Below are positions 1 to 12,488 of a stretch of 64,000 bases of DNA, piece after piece. The notes beneath the pieces were generated by a model. It had not been told where the DNA came from, ran no database searches, and worked only from the letters and a program-made list of their open reading frames with translations. The translations under genes and the position numbers were made by a program. This stretch comes from Alphaproteobacteria bacterium (GTDB taxonomy: Bacteria; Pseudomonadota; Alphaproteobacteria; UBA828): positions 448,001 through 512,000 of the forward strand of contig CBDCQT010000011.1 of assembly GCA_965220745.1 (NCBI GenBank), in the 5' to 3' direction. Within the stretch, counting starts at the first letter, position 1; the number at the start of each line of letters is the position of its first letter.

Positions 1-983
1 TAGATGTTGAACGCGCGCTCTACCGCCTCACGGTGGCGGCAAAGGAACATGCCGCACCCGCCGGCACCGAGCGGCACAAGCGTCTTGTGCGGGTCGAAGA
101 TGAGCGAATCCGCGGCATCGAGCCCGGCGAGGCAGTCCTCGCGCAGTCGCGGCGAGAACGCCGCGATGGCGCCCCACGGCGCGTCGAGGTGGAACCATGC
201 CCCGTGCTCGCGGCACACCGCGCCGATCTCGGCGAGCGGATCGACGATCCCGGACGGCGTCGCGCCGACCGAGCCGACGGCCATGAATGGCAGGAACGCC
301 CCCGATGCGGCGTCCGCCGCCATCGCGTCTGCGAGCGCGCCCACGTCCATGCGGAGGTCGCCGTCCACGGGCACCGTGCGAATCGAGGCGGTGCCGATCA
401 GGTTGCGGGCGTTCTTCTCGATGGAGAAGTGGGTCTGAGGCGAGACGTAGAGCGCCGGCCGCACCTTGAGCGGCAGCGCGCCGTGGCGCCAGTACTCGTA
501 AGGCTCCTCGCGCCCGGCCGCGTCGGAGCAGAGCGCCTGGTCGTAGGCGGTGCAGCGCGGGTTGCGATGGGAAAGCCGGTCGGTGAGCGCGACGATCATG
601 GCGGTCTGGTTCGCTTCGGTGCCGCACGCGGTGAAGTGACCGGCCCCGCTCTCGGGATCGATGCCGAAGGTCTCCATGATCAGATCGACGGCGTATTGCT
701 CGATGGCGGCGGAGGCCGGATGCTGGCCCCTGACCACGATGTTCGCGCCGCGCCGATTGGTCTCGTCCATGGCGGCGATCGAGGCCGCATCGGCATCGAT
801 GCAGAAGTAGCCCATGTTCAGCGGGCTGCTGACATCGGTGTCGTAGAGATCGGCCAAGCGGCGGAAGACCTGCATGAGCCGGTCTACCGGTATATCACCG
901 GCGCCGGGGTCGAGGTTCTCGCGCACGAGCGCATAGACCGCCTCGAAGGCCGGGGCATCACGGGTCGCGGGCGCTTGCATCAT
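1..983 (-). CDS. Group II PLP-dependent amino-acid decarboxylase (3' end outside window)
   Basis: Not in the ORF track because it has no stop in the window. Manual translation from ATG 983 (GGAG upstream) gives GHFTACGTEAN, LYVSPQTHFSIEK, GSVGATPSGIVDPL, WFHLDAPWG and the PLP-lysine motif DSLIFDPHK. Confidence 0.85.
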   Translation of the reverse strand, partial: MMQAPATRDAPAFEAVYALVRENLDPGAGDIPVDRLMQVFRRLADLYDTDVSSPLNMGYFCIDADAASIAAMDETNRRGANIVVRGQHPASAAIEQYAVDLIMETFGIDPESGAGHFTACGTEANQTAMIVALTDRLSHRNPRCTAYDQALCSDAAGREEPYEYWRHGALPLKVRPALYVSPQTHFSIEKNARNLIGTASIRTVPVDGDLRMDVGALADAMAADAASGAFLPFMAVGSVGATPSGIVDPLAEIGAVCREHGAWFHLDAPWGAIAAFSPRLREDCLAGLDAADSLIFDPHKTLVPLGAGGCGMFLCRHREAVERAFNI

Positions 984-1070
984 GGCTGAGGCTCCGTAAG
1001 GGCAGGCCGCAGGCGCACGCGGAACGGCCCTCTTCTTGTAGCAATCAAGAGTAGTGCCGAAGATTCGCGT

Positions 1071-1100
1071 TTGACACTTCAAGCATATATTCAATATACT
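1071..1100 (+). promoter_or_regulatory. sigma70-like promoter of mucR/ros
   Basis: TTGACA (1071-1076), 18 bp spacer, TATACT (1095-1100), in an AT-rich island upstream of mucR. Confidence 0.6.
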
Positions 1101-1139
1101 CGCGTAGACTATCGTGTCACCTATGGTAAAGAATTTGAA

Positions 1140-1631
1140 ATGAGCGATCAGACAGAAAATCCCGGCTCGGACCATGACCTGTTACGCATGACTGCAGACG
1201 TGGTTACGGCATATGTCGGAAATAATACCGTGGCGCCGTCCGAGCTTGCGGAGGTCATTCGCACGGTCCATGCCTCGCTGCGAGAGGCACAGGCCGGCGC
1301 GACAGCCGTTGCGGTACCGCCGAAGCCTGCCGTCCCAATCAAGAAATCGATCACGCCCGACTATCTGATCTGCCTCGAAGACGGCCGCGAGCTGAAGATG
1401 CTGAAGCGGCATCTGCGCACGACCTATAACATGACCCCCGACGAGTACCGGGCGAAGTGGGGCCTCGATGCCGACTATCCGATGGTCGCGCCCAACTACG
1501 CGCGGCGGCGCTCGGAGTTTGCCAAGCAGATCGGCCTCGGCCAGAAGCGACGGAAGGCCGAGACTTCCGAGAGCGACATGGCCTCGGTCGAAGGCGGCGC
1601 GTCATCCACGGCAGGCGGCGGCATCTATTAG
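1140..1631 (+). CDS. mucR: MucR/Ros family transcriptional regulator
   Basis: TADVVTAYVGNN, PAVPIKKSITPDYLICLEDG..KMLKRHL, YRAKWGL..DYPMVAPNYA.RRSE.AK.IGLG motifs; ATG 1140. Confidence 0.95.
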   Translation: MSDQTENPGSDHDLLRMTADVVTAYVGNNTVAPSELAEVIRTVHASLREAQAGATAVAVPPKPAVPIKKSITPDYLICLEDGRELKMLKRHLRTTYNMTPDEYRAKWGLDADYPMVAPNYARRRSEFAKQIGLGQKRRKAETSESDMASVEGGASSTAGGGIY

Positions 1632-1650
1632 GGGCCCGTCGAGCCTCGCT

Positions 1651-2559
1651 CTAGTCTTCTTTGTCTTCCCGCCGGCCGGTCGTGGTCACGAGGAAGAGTC
1701 CGACGAACATCAGGACCACCGCGCCCCAGATATAGGCAGACGGTGCATCGCCGAAGAACCACATACCGAAGCCCATACCCGACAGCGTGGCCACGTAGTT
1801 GACGGTCGAAAAGATCACCGGGCCGGCGCGGCGAATTACCTCGAAGACCAGATAGAACGACACACAGTTGTTGGCCATCGCGGCAATCGTGGCCCAGTGG
1901 CCGATGCCGAATGAACCGCCGAAGACCCACCACTCGCCGGTCGCAGCCATCACGATGAGCACGTAGCCGGCCGACGCCAGCATCAGGCCTGCGCCGAGCG
2001 CAAGCGAGGTCGTCTGCTGCGGGCGCCAGCGGGCGATCAGCACCGCATTGACCGCATAGGAGAGCGACGGCAACAGGCCGAGCGCCACCCAGCCGGCCAT
2101 GCTGGGCGCCGGCAGGCTCGCCTGCGGCACCAGTACCAGAAGGATGCCGGCCAGCCCCAACAGGATTCCGCCGAAACGGAGCGAGTGGAAGCGCTCCTGC
2201 CTCAGGGTCAACGCCAGCGCGTAAATCATCACCGGCACCAGCGCGAGGCCCAGAGTGAGCAGGCTCGCCGGCACCTTGTGAGCGAGGTAGGCAAGCAGCA
2301 TGTAGGGAAACGAGAGATTCAACGCCCCGGTGGAAAGGAAGATTCGTATGTGGGGGAAGTCGATAGGCGGCAAACGGCGCAACGCCGCGGCCAGGAGCAG
2401 AAGCGCGCCGCCGCCGCCCAGCGACTGCCAGAAGACATAGGGCAGGAAGGGTACGCCGCCGTCCGCCGCGAAGCGGTTGAGCGATATCGCCAGCGCGAAG
2501 GAGACGCCGAGGGCAAACAGCATCCCGATCAGGAGCGGGCTCGGTCGGGTGGCGGGCAT
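1651..2559 (-). CDS. DMT/EamA family transporter
   Basis: 302 aa, about 10 hydrophobic segments in two EamA-like halves; GILLGLAG and FGD/E motifs. Confidence 0.85.
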   Translation of the reverse strand: MPATRPSPLLIGMLFALGVSFALAISLNRFAADGGVPFLPYVFWQSLGGGGALLLLAAALRRLPPIDFPHIRIFLSTGALNLSFPYMLLAYLAHKVPASLLTLGLALVPVMIYALALTLRQERFHSLRFGGILLGLAGILLVLVPQASLPAPSMAGWVALGLLPSLSYAVNAVLIARWRPQQTTSLALGAGLMLASAGYVLIVMAATGEWWVFGGSFGIGHWATIAAMANNCVSFYLVFEVIRRAGPVIFSTVNYVATLSGMGFGMWFFGDAPSAYIWGAVVLMFVGLFLVTTTGRREDKED

Positions 2560-2660
2560 GGACGGAGCCTCCCACGGGTCGCGGCATCGCCGCCGGGTGC
2601 GGGCAGGCTTGGTACGCCTATGCCCGAATGCTAGAAAAACGCGTCGTCCAGGAGGGAATC

Positions 2661-3875
2661 ATGGTCCAAACCGCAGCGGCCGCCAAGGCCGCACCGTCCC
2701 GCACGAAACCGGTATTCCAGTGGGACGATCCGTTCCTGCTCGACGACCAGCTCGGTGAGGACGAGCGGCTGGTGCGCGACACCACCCGCGCCTACGCCCA
2801 AGAAAAGCTGATGCCGCGCATCCTCGAGGCGAACCGGCACGAGCGCTTCGACCGCGAGATTCTGAACGAGATGGGCGCCCTCGGCCTCTTGGGCTCGACC
2901 ATCCAGGGCTACGGCTGCGCCGGAGTGAGCTACGTCTGTTACGGCCTCGCCGCGCGTGAGGTGGAGGCGGTCGATTCCGGCTATCGCTCCGCGATGAGCG
3001 TGCAATCTAGCCTGGTGATGTATCCCATCGACGCCTACGGCACCGAGGCGCAGAAGCAGCAGTGGCTGCCACGCCTCGCAACGGGCGAGGCCGTCGGCTG
3101 CTTCGGGCTCACCGAGCCGGACTCCGGCTCCGACCCCGGTAGCATGACGACGCGCGCACGCGCGGTCGACGGGGGATTTCTGCTTTCCGGCGCGAAGAAC
3201 TGGATCTCCAACTCGCCCATCGCCGATGTCTTCCTGGTCTGGGCCAAGAATGACGAAGGCACGATCCGAGGCTACCTGCTCGAGAGGGATATGAAGGGGC
3301 TGGCGGCGCCCAAGATCGAGGGCAAGTTCTCGCTGCGCGCCTCGGTCACCGGCATGATCCAGATGGACGAGGTGTTCGTACCGGCGGAGAATGAGCTTCC
3401 CGGCGCGAGCGGGCTTGCGGGACCCTTCCGCTGCCTCAACCGGGCCCGCTACGGCATCGGCTGGGGCGCGCTCGGCGCCGCCGAGTTCTGCTGGCGCGCC
3501 GCCCGCGACTACACGATGGACCGGCAACAGTTCGGCCGGCCGCTCGCGGCCAACCAGCTGATCCAGAAGAAGCTCGCCGACATGCAGAGCGAGATCGCCA
3601 TCGGCCTGCAGGCGTGCCTGCGCGTCGGCCGGCTCTTCGACGAGGGCAGGGCGACGCCGGAGATGATCTCGCTGATCAAGCGCAACTCCTGCGGCAAGGC
3701 GCTGGAGATGGCGCGCACCGCCCGCGACATGCACGGCGGCAACGGCATCAGCGACGAGTTTCACGTGATCCGCCACGTCATGAACCTCGAGGCGGTCAAC
3801 ACCTACGAGGGCACCCACGACATCCATGCCCTGATCCTCGGCCGGTCGCAGACCGGCATTCAGGCCTTCGCCTGA
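2661..3875 (+). CDS. gcdH: Glutaryl-CoA dehydrogenase
   Basis: [60 protein letters not shown]; GGAGGG RBS before ATG 2661. Confidence 0.92.
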   Translation: MVQTAAAAKAAPSRTKPVFQWDDPFLLDDQLGEDERLVRDTTRAYAQEKLMPRILEANRHERFDREILNEMGALGLLGSTIQGYGCAGVSYVCYGLAAREVEAVDSGYRSAMSVQSSLVMYPIDAYGTEAQKQQWLPRLATGEAVGCFGLTEPDSGSDPGSMTTRARAVDGGFLLSGAKNWISNSPIADVFLVWAKNDEGTIRGYLLERDMKGLAAPKIEGKFSLRASVTGMIQMDEVFVPAENELPGASGLAGPFRCLNRARYGIGWGALGAAEFCWRAARDYTMDRQQFGRPLAANQLIQKKLADMQSEIAIGLQACLRVGRLFDEGRATPEMISLIKRNSCGKALEMARTARDMHGGNGISDEFHVIRHVMNLEAVNTYEGTHDIHALILGRSQTGIQAFA

Positions 3876-3880
3876 CGGCC

Positions 3881-5179
3881 ATGGCGCGGCGCGGCGGGAA
3901 GGGGCGGAAAACAAAGCTTCTGCTCGGCGCCATCGCCGACGACCTCACCGGCGCGACCGATCTCTGCAACACGCTGGTGGCTGGGGGCATGCGCACGGTC
4001 CAGGTGATCGGAGTCCCCCGCGCGGAGACTGCCTTGCCCGATGCCGACGCCGTCGTGGTCGCGCTCAAGTCGCGCACGGTGCCGCCCGCAAAGGCGGTGC
4101 GCGAGTCCCGCGCGGCGCTCGCCTGGCTCAGGAAGGGCGGCGCTCGTCAGATCTTCTTCAAGTACTGCTCGACCTTCGATTCCACGCCGCGCGGCAACAT
4201 CGGGCCGGTGGCGGACGCGCTGCTGGACGATCTGGGGGCCGACCTCACCATCGCCTGCCCGGCCTTCCCGACCAACGGGCGTACCGTCTACAGGGGGCAC
4301 CTCTTTGTCGGCGACGTGCTGCTTGAGAACTCGGGCATGCGCAACCATCCGCTGACCCCGATGCGGGACTCCAATCTCGTGGCGGTGCTCGGCGCCCAGA
4401 CGCCGCGCCCCGTGGGACTGGTCGAGTATGAGACCGTGCGCGAGGGCAGCGGCGCGATCCGCCGCGCGCTTGACGGGCTGCGGGAGGCAGGCACGCGGCA
4501 TGCCATCGTCGATGCCATTGCCGACGGCGACCTCATGGCGGTCGGCGAGGCCTGCGCCGATATGCCGCTCGTCACCGGCGGCTCCGGCGTCGCCATGGGG
4601 CTGCCGGCGAACTTCCGTGAGAGCGGCTTGCTGGGAGAGGCGGAGGAGGCGGCCACGCTGCCGGCTGCCTCTGGCCACGCGGCAGTGATCGCTGGCAGCT
4701 GCTCGCCAGCGACGCTCGGACAGATCGAGCACATGGCGGCCATGTGCCCGGCGTTCTTTGTCGATGCCGAGGCGCTCGCCGCGCGCCGCCGGGTGGCGGC
4801 CGAGGCGCTGGCCTGGGCGCGGCCCAGGCTCGCCGACGGGCCGGTGCTGATCTACGCCAGCGCCGCGCCGGCGCGGGTCAGGCGGATTCAGAAGAAGCTC
4901 GGCGCAGAGAAGGCCGGTGCGATGATCGAACGTTGCCTCGCGCGTATCGCCACCGGCCTCGTCGATGCCGGCGTCGGCCGGCTGGTGGTGGCCGGCGGCG
5001 AGACCGCAGGCGCCGTGGTCGGCGCGCTCGGAGTTCGGGCTCTCCGCATCGGGGCCGAGATCGACCCCGGCGTGCCGTGGACCACGAGCGTCGGCGAGCC
5101 CTGGCTCCATCTCGCGCTGAAATCCGGCAACTTCGGCGCGCCCGACTTCTTCACCCGCGCATTCGAGGTCTTGCCGTGA
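3881..5179 (+). CDS. otnK: 3-oxo-tetronate kinase (four-carbon acid sugar kinase, DUF1537)
   Basis: GAIADDLTGATD, VALKSRT, FKYCSTFDST.RGNIGPV, AGGET, LKSGNFG motifs. Confidence 0.88.
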   Translation: MARRGGKGRKTKLLLGAIADDLTGATDLCNTLVAGGMRTVQVIGVPRAETALPDADAVVVALKSRTVPPAKAVRESRAALAWLRKGGARQIFFKYCSTFDSTPRGNIGPVADALLDDLGADLTIACPAFPTNGRTVYRGHLFVGDVLLENSGMRNHPLTPMRDSNLVAVLGAQTPRPVGLVEYETVREGSGAIRRALDGLREAGTRHAIVDAIADGDLMAVGEACADMPLVTGGSGVAMGLPANFRESGLLGEAEEAATLPAASGHAAVIAGSCSPATLGQIEHMAAMCPAFFVDAEALAARRRVAAEALAWARPRLADGPVLIYASAAPARVRRIQKKLGAEKAGAMIERCLARIATGLVDAGVGRLVVAGGETAGAVVGALGVRALRIGAEIDPGVPWTTSVGEPWLHLALKSGNFGAPDFFTRAFEVLP

Positions 5180-5808
5180 GCGAGGCTGCGCTGCGCGAGC
5201 AGATCGCCCTTCACGGCGAATCCCTGTTCGCACGCGGCTACGGCTGCGGCGCGTCGGGCAACATCAGCGTGCTGCTCGACGACGGCATGCTGGTCACGCC
5301 GACCAACTCCTGCCTCGGCCGGCTCGACCCCGCGCGGATCGCGAAGCTCGAGCCGGATGGCACCCTGCTCTCCGGCGATCCGCCGTCGAAGGAGGCGTTC
5401 CTGCATCAGTCGATGTACCGGGCGAGGCCGGACGCGCGTGCCATCGTGCACCTGCACAGCACGTGTTCGGTGGCGGTTTCCTGCCTCGCCGACGTCGACC
5501 CCGCCGACGTGCTACCGCCGATCACCGCCTACTACGTGATGCGCGTGGGCCGGCTGCCGCTCATCCCCTATTTCCGGCCGGGCGATCGCGCGCTCGCCGA
5601 CGCCGTGCACGACACGGCGCGCACGCACCACGCGGTGCTGCTGGCCAATCACGGGCCGGTGGTGGCGGGGAAGGCGCTGGATGCGGCGGTCTACGCCGCC
5701 GAAGAGCTTGAGGAGACGGCGAAGCTGCACCTGCTGCTGCGCGGCGCGCCGGTCAGGCTTCTCACCGGCGAGCAGGTCGCCGAGTTGAGAGAGGTCTTCC
5801 CGACCTAA
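5176..5808 (+). CDS. otnC: 3-oxo-tetronate 4-phosphate decarboxylase (class II aldolase)
   Basis: GTGA overlap with otnK; SGNIS, TPTNSCLG, PSKE..LH, VHLHS, LLANHGPVV, EELEETAKL. Confidence 0.88.
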   Translation: MSEAALREQIALHGESLFARGYGCGASGNISVLLDDGMLVTPTNSCLGRLDPARIAKLEPDGTLLSGDPPSKEAFLHQSMYRARPDARAIVHLHSTCSVAVSCLADVDPADVLPPITAYYVMRVGRLPLIPYFRPGDRALADAVHDTARTHHAVLLANHGPVVAGKALDAAVYAAEELEETAKLHLLLRGAPVRLLTGEQVAELREVFPT

Positions 5809-5837
5809 GCCGGGAGTCAGTGGGATGAGCGCGCGGC

Positions 5838-6269
5838 CTACGCGGCTTCCTCCTCCTCTTCCTCCTCGTCGTCGCCCGGAACGGGGCCCGAATCCTTGCC
5901 CTTCTCGTCCTCGTCCCGATCGACCAGCTCGATGATCGCCATGGGTGCCGCGTCGCCGTAGCGGTGACCGGCCTTCAACACGCGGGTGTAGCCGCCCGGG
6001 CGCTCGGCGTAGCGAGGGCCCAGCGTGTCGAATAACTTGCGCACGACCGCATCGTCGACGAGATAGCTCAGCGCCTGCCGGCGGGCGTGGAGGTCGCCGC
6101 GCTTGCCGAGCGTGATCATGCGCTCGACGACGCCGCGCAGCTCCTTCGCCTTCGGCAGCGTGGTCTCGATCTGCTCGTGCTTGAGCAGCGACGTCGCCAT
6201 GTTGCGGAACATCGCGCGGCGGTGGCTGGATGTCCGGTTCAGCTTGCGGCGGCCATGTCGATGGCGCAT
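5838..6269 (-). CDS. rplQ: 50S ribosomal protein L17
   Basis: [24 protein letters not shown]...RPGGYTR; acidic C-terminal tail. Confidence 0.98.
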   Translation of the reverse strand: MRHRHGRRKLNRTSSHRRAMFRNMATSLLKHEQIETTLPKAKELRGVVERMITLGKRGDLHARRQALSYLVDDAVVRKLFDTLGPRYAERPGGYTRVLKAGHRYGDAAPMAIIELVDRDEDEKGKDSGPVPGDDEEEEEEEAA

Positions 6270-6309
6270 GGCGTATCCCCCTGTAGCGTGGCCTGTTCCG
6301 GTCCGGTCC

Positions 6310-7323
6310 CTAGTAGGGCTCGTCCAGCCTCTTGGCCAGCTCCTCGATGTTCTCGGGCGGCCAGTCGGTGAGCTCCATGCCGAGATAGAGACCCATGGCG
6401 GCCAGCACGTCCTTGATCTCGTTGAGCGACTTCCGGCCGAAATTGGGCGTCCGCAGCATTTCGGCTTCGGAATACTGCACCAGGTCGCCGATGTAGATGA
6501 TGTTGTCGTTCTTGAGGCAGTTGGCGGAGCGGACGGAAAGCTCCAGCTCGTCCACCTTGCGCAGCAGGTTCGGGTTGAACTCAGGCTCGACCGCTTCCTC
6601 GGCGCGCGGCAGCTCGCGCGGCTCCTCGAAGTTGATGAAGAGCTGGAGCTGATCCTGGAGGATGCGCGCGGCGAGCGCGATCGCGTCCTCCGGCGAGACG
6701 GTGCCGTTGGTCTCGACCCGCATGGTCAGCTTGTCGTAGTCGGTCACCTGGCCGACACGGGTGTTGTCCACCTTGTAGGCGACCTTGCGCACCGGGCTGT
6801 AGAGCGCATCGACCGGGATCAGGCCGATGGGCGCATCCTCGGGCCGGTTCTGGGCGGCAGGCACGTAGCCCTTGCCGGTCTCGACCGTGAACTCCATGTC
6901 GATCTTGGTGTTCTCGTCGAGGGTGCAGATCACCACGTCGGGATCGACGATCTGGATGCCGTGACCGGCCTGGATCTGCGCCGCCGTGACCTCGCCGGGC
7001 CCGGAGGCGCTGAGCGCCATCCGCCGGGGGCCTTCGCCGTGCATGCGAAGCGCCAGCAGCTTCACGTTGAGCACGAGATCGGTGATGTCCTCGCGCACGC
7101 CCTGAAGCGAGGAGAACTCGTGCAGCACGCCGTTGATCTGCATCGACGTGACCGCGGCACCCTGCAGCGACGACAGCAGGATGCGCCTGAGCGCGTTGCC
7201 GAGCGTCATGCCGTAGCCGCGCTCGAGCGGCTCGGCCACGATGCGCGCGAAGCGGGAGCCGTCTCCCTCGGGCGTCACTTCGAGCTTGTGCGGCTTGATG
7301 AGTTCCTGCCAGTTCTTCTTCAT
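6310..7323 (-). CDS. rpoA: RNA polymerase alpha subunit
   Basis: [54 protein letters not shown]; ATG 7323. Confidence 0.98.
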   Translation of the reverse strand: MKKNWQELIKPHKLEVTPEGDGSRFARIVAEPLERGYGMTLGNALRRILLSSLQGAAVTSMQINGVLHEFSSLQGVREDITDLVLNVKLLALRMHGEGPRRMALSASGPGEVTAAQIQAGHGIQIVDPDVVICTLDENTKIDMEFTVETGKGYVPAAQNRPEDAPIGLIPVDALYSPVRKVAYKVDNTRVGQVTDYDKLTMRVETNGTVSPEDAIALAARILQDQLQLFINFEEPRELPRAEEAVEPEFNPNLLRKVDELELSVRSANCLKNDNIIYIGDLVQYSEAEMLRTPNFGRKSLNEIKDVLAAMGLYLGMELTDWPPENIEELAKRLDEPY

Positions 7324-7405
7324 GACACAGACTGTCCCGTGTGATGGGTTGTACGCCCGTTGAATGAGCGAGGTGGCGCGCCGCGGCGCGCCGGCTAAGG
7401 TGCCG

Positions 7406-7792
7406 TCAGACGCGCCGCCGTTTCGGCGGCCGGCAGCCATTGTGCGGGATCGGGGTCACGTCCCGGATCGCGGTGATCACGAAGCCCGCGCTTTGTAGCG
7501 CGCGTAGCGCGGATTCGCGCCCTGAGCCCGGCCCCTTGATCTCGACCTCGAGGGACTTGACGCCGTGCTCCGCAGCCTTGCGGCCGGCTTCCTCGGCCGC
7601 CATCTGGGCAGCGTAGGGGGTCGACTTCCGCGAGCCGCGAAAGCCCATGCTGCCGGCCGACGACCAGGCGATCGCATTGCCCTGGACGTCGGTGATGGTA
7701 ATCATCGTGCTGTTGAAGGTGGCGCTGACATGGGCGATGCCGGAGGAAATGTTCTTCCGCTCGCGGCGCCGTGTGCGTGTCGGCTTCGCCAT
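7406..7792 (-). CDS. rpsK: 30S ribosomal protein S11
   Basis: [41 protein letters not shown]. Confidence 0.98.
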   Translation of the reverse strand: MAKPTRTRRRERKNISSGIAHVSATFNSTMITITDVQGNAIAWSSAGSMGFRGSRKSTPYAAQMAAEEAGRKAAEHGVKSLEVEIKGPGSGRESALRALQSAGFVITAIRDVTPIPHNGCRPPKRRRV

Positions 7793-7804
7793 CCTCGCTG
7801 CCCT

Positions 7805-8173
7805 CTACTTCTTCTTGCCCGCGATCGGGCGTGCCGGCCCTTTGCGCGTGCGTGCGTTGGTGTGGGTGCGCTGGCCGCGTACGGGCAAGCCGCGCCTGTG
7901 CCGGAGCCCCCGATAGGTGCCGAGGTCCATGAGGCGCTTGATGTTCATCGCGACCTCGCGGCGGAGGTCGCCCTCGACCACGTAGCTCTGGTCGATCACC
8001 TCGCGGATGCGGATGACCTCCGCATCGCTCAGCTGGCTCACCCGCTTCTCCGCCGGCAGGCCCACCGTCTCGCGAATTTGCCGGGCCTTGGTGCGCCCGA
8101 TCCCGTGAATGTAAGTCAACGAAATCTCGACCCGCTTGTTGGTCGGGATGTTGACGCCGGCGATACGCGCCAC
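7805..8173 (-). CDS. rpsM: 30S ribosomal protein S13
   Basis: [35 protein letters not shown]; GTG start with GGAGG RBS. Confidence 0.98.
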   Translation of the reverse strand: MARIAGVNIPTNKRVEISLTYIHGIGRTKARQIRETVGLPAEKRVSQLSDAEVIRIREVIDQSYVVEGDLRREVAMNIKRLMDLGTYRGLRHRRGLPVRGQRTHTNARTRKGPARPIAGKKK

Positions 8174-8239
8174 GCTGGAGCCTCCTCATAGGGAAAGGGC
8201 GCGCGGCGATGCCTGCTGCGCGCGCCCTAGACGGCGCTT

Positions 8240-8268
8240 CGATTACACTGCGCGTGCGCTCGAGTCAA
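8240..8268 (-). promoter_or_regulatory. Putative promoter of rpsM-rpsK-rpoA-rplQ
   Basis: Minus strand TTGACT, 17 bp, TAATCG upstream of rpsM. Confidence 0.45.
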
Positions 8269-8341
8269 ATGCCGCGTGCCGGCTCGCCGTCCCGATGCGT
8301 TTCCACTAGCATGCGCGCGCCGGCGAGGGGAGGCTCTGTCC

Positions 8342-9397
8342 ATGGCGCACTATCGAATTGCGGTGATTCCGGGCGATGGCATCGGCAACGAGGTCATGCC
8401 CGAGGCCATGCGGGTGCTGGAGGCCGCCGGCCGGCGCTTCGATATCAGCTTCGACTGGCAGCACTTCGGCTGGAACTGCGAAACCTACGGCAAGACCGGC
8501 CGGATGATGCCGGAAGACGGCATCGAGGTGCTGCGCCCGTTCGACGCCATCCTGCTGGGCGCGGTGGGCTTCCCCGGCGTGCCGGACCACGTCTCGCTCT
8601 GGGGTCTCCTGATCCCGCTGCGCCGGGCCTTCCGACAATACGTCAATCTGCGCCCGATCAAGCTGCTCAAAGGCGTGACCTCACCGCTCGCAGGCCGCAC
8701 CCCGGCCGACATCGACTTCGTCATCGTCCGCGAGAACAACGAGGGCGAGTATTCGGAGATGGGCGGGCGCATCTACGCCGGCACCGAGCAGGAGGCGGTG
8801 GTGCAGGAGAGCGTCTTCACCCGCCAGGGCGTCGACCGGGTGATGCGCTACGCCTTCGAACTGGCCCGCACCCGGCAGGGTCGCGTGGCCTCGGCCACCA
8901 AGTCCAACGGCATTATCCACACCATGCCCTATTGGGACGAGCGCTTCGCGGCACATGCCGCAGAGTTCCCGGACGTGGAGACCGACAGCTTTCATATCGA
9001 CATCCTGAGTGCCCACTTCGTGCAGCATCCGGACTGGTTCGACGTGGTGGTGGGCAGCAACCTGTTTGGCGACATCCTTTCGGACCTGGGCGCCGCCGTG
9101 GCGGGCGGCATGGGGCTCGCGCCCGCCGCCAACCTCAACCCCGATCGCGACCATCCCTCCATGTTCGAGCCGGTGCACGGGTCTGCGCCGGATATCGCCG
9201 GGCGCGCCATCGCCAACCCGGTCGCAATGATCTGGACCGGCGCGATGATGGTGGACCATCTCGGCCACGGTGACGCCGCGCGCGCCATCGAGGGCGCGAT
9301 CGAGACCGTGCTCGGCGGAGGCGCCCCGCTCACCCCCGACCTCGGCGGCAGCGCGTCGACCTCGGACGTGGGCGAGGCTGTGGCGGCGGCGCTCTGA
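8342..9397 (+). CDS. ttuC: Tartrate dehydrogenase / D-malate dehydrogenase (decarboxylating)
   Basis: [64 protein letters not shown]. Confidence 0.88.
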   Translation: MAHYRIAVIPGDGIGNEVMPEAMRVLEAAGRRFDISFDWQHFGWNCETYGKTGRMMPEDGIEVLRPFDAILLGAVGFPGVPDHVSLWGLLIPLRRAFRQYVNLRPIKLLKGVTSPLAGRTPADIDFVIVRENNEGEYSEMGGRIYAGTEQEAVVQESVFTRQGVDRVMRYAFELARTRQGRVASATKSNGIIHTMPYWDERFAAHAAEFPDVETDSFHIDILSAHFVQHPDWFDVVVGSNLFGDILSDLGAAVAGGMGLAPAANLNPDRDHPSMFEPVHGSAPDIAGRAIANPVAMIWTGAMMVDHLGHGDAARAIEGAIETVLGGGAPLTPDLGGSASTSDVGEAVAAAL

Positions 9398-9542
9398 GCC
9401 CGGCGACCGGGGGACGTTGAATGGGCCTCCGCTTGACAGCGTTGCGGCGGGTGCTAGGGTCGGCGGCCTTAGAGAGGGGCAGAGAGCGGCACGATTGGCG
9501 GGCCGCGCGACCCCCAGCGAAGCCCCAACACACGGCGAGGCC

Positions 9543-10957
9543 GTGGCGAAAAAGCTCTACGTCAAGACCTTCGGCTGCCAGATGAACGTCTACGACTCCG
9601 CCCGCATGGCGGATGTCCTGGCGCCGCTCGGCTATCGCTCGACGACGGAGCTCGAGGACGCCGATTTAGTGGTCCTCAACACCTGTCACATCCGTGAGAA
9701 GGCGGCGGAGAAGGTCTATTCCGAGCTCGGGCGGTTGCGCGCACTGAAGCGGACGCGCGAGCGGGACGGCGGGGAGATGCTGCTCGCCGTCGCCGGCTGC
9801 GTCGCGCAGGCCGAGGGCGAGGAAGTCACCACCCGCGCGCCCTTCGTCGATATCGTCGTCGGCCCCCAAGCCTATCATCGCCTGCCGGACATGGTGGCGC
9901 GCGCGAGGCGAGAGCGCCGGGCTGCCGTCGACACCTCCATGCCGGCGGACTCGCGCTTCGACCACTTGCCGGAGGAGCTGGCCGGCCGCCAGCCGGGACG
10001 GGACGTCTCGTCCTTCCTCACGATTCAGGAAGGCTGCGACCGCTTCTGCACATTCTGCGTCGTGCCCTATACCCGAGGCGCGGAGGATTCTCGCCCCGCT
10101 GCAGATGTCGAAGCCGAGGCACGCCGCTTGGTCGCCGCCGGCGCCCGCGAGATCGTGCTGCTGGGCCAGAACGTCAACGCCTATCACGGTGCCGACGACA
10201 CCAACGGGGGCGAGACGGACTTGGCAGGTCTGATCGGCCGCCTGGCCGCGATCGAGGGAGTGGAGCGGCTGCGCTACACCACCTCGCATCCGCGCGACAT
10301 GACGCCGGCGCTGATCCAAGCCCACGGGGCCGAGCCGAAGCTGATGCCCTTCCTGCATTTGCCGGTGCAGTCGGGCTCGGACCGTATCCTCGATGCCATG
10401 AACCGGGGTCACGGCGCCGAGCGTTACCTGCGTCTGGTGGCCGCGCTTCGGGCCGCTCAGCCCGAGATCGCGCTTTCCAGCGACTTCATCGTGGGCTTCC
10501 CCGGCGAGACCGAGGCGGACTTCGAGGAGACGATGGCGCTGGTGCGCGAGGTCGAGTTCGCGCAGGCTTTCTCCTTCAAGTACAGCCCGCGCCCCGGCAC
10601 GCCTGCGGCAGAGCGCGACGACCGCGTGCCGGGCGAGGTCGCTGCTGAGCGTCTGAGCCGTCTCCAGCGCTTGCTCGACGAGCAGAAGCGGCGCTTCAAC
10701 GCGAGCATGGTGGGGCGGACGCTCCCGGTGCTGTTCGAGAGGCGCGGCCGCCACCCAGGTCAGGTCGCAGGCCGCACGCCCTACATGCAGTGGCTCCATG
10801 TGGAGGGCGGCGAGGCGTTGATCGGTACCGTCACGGAGGCGACCGTGACTGACGCCTCGCCTAACGGCCTCGCAGGCGTGCTGGCGGGTGGCATGGGCGC
10901 GAGCACCCAGGGCCACGACAGCGCTGCCCGCCTGGGCATTGCAGGAGGCGTTCCCGC

Positions 10958-10961
<4 letters not shown>
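9543..10961 (+). CDS. miaB: tRNA-i6A37 methylthiotransferase
   Basis: [20 protein letters not shown], radical [13 protein letters not shown]-terminal TRAM domain; GTG 9543; TTGACA upstream at 9433. Confidence 0.96.
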
Positions 10962-12013
<1,052 letters not shown>

Positions 12014-12488
12014 CGCTGCGGCCGTGGTCCGACGCGCCGCCGCCGCGGCCCTCGAGGCGGAAGCGAACCTACCCGGTCGCGTGGAACTCGGCGTGGTGCT
12101 GGCGGACGATGCCTTCGTGCGAACGCTGAACAGGGACTACCGGGGGCAGGACCGCGCGACGGACGTGCTCTCATTCCCGGTCCACGAGCCGCCGCGCTTT
12201 GGCCCACCGCCCGGCGAAATGCCGCTCATGCTGGGCGACGTGGTGCTCGCCCGCGAGACCGTGCAGCGCGACAGCGCATCCACCGGCATTGGCCTTGCCG
12301 ATCGGGTGAGCCACCTGGTGGTCCACGGCGTGCTTCACCTGCTTGGCCACAACCACGACGAGCCGGTTGCCGAGCGCCGCATGCGCGCGCTCGAATCCCG
12401 AACGCTATTGGCACTTGGCTTATCCGATCCCTACGTTAACCTGTGAGAGTGAGAGTTGCCCCGCGGTCACGGGCCGCGGAGCGGAACG

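Noticed and set aside
1365-1435. MucR zinc finger with only Cys/Asp/His ligands
   Set aside because: CLEDG...HLRxxY variants are common in Ros/MucR homologs.
5838-5880. Poly-Glu tail of L17 as a simple-sequence repeat
   Set aside because: It is an in-frame acidic tail. Variable L17 C-termini are common.
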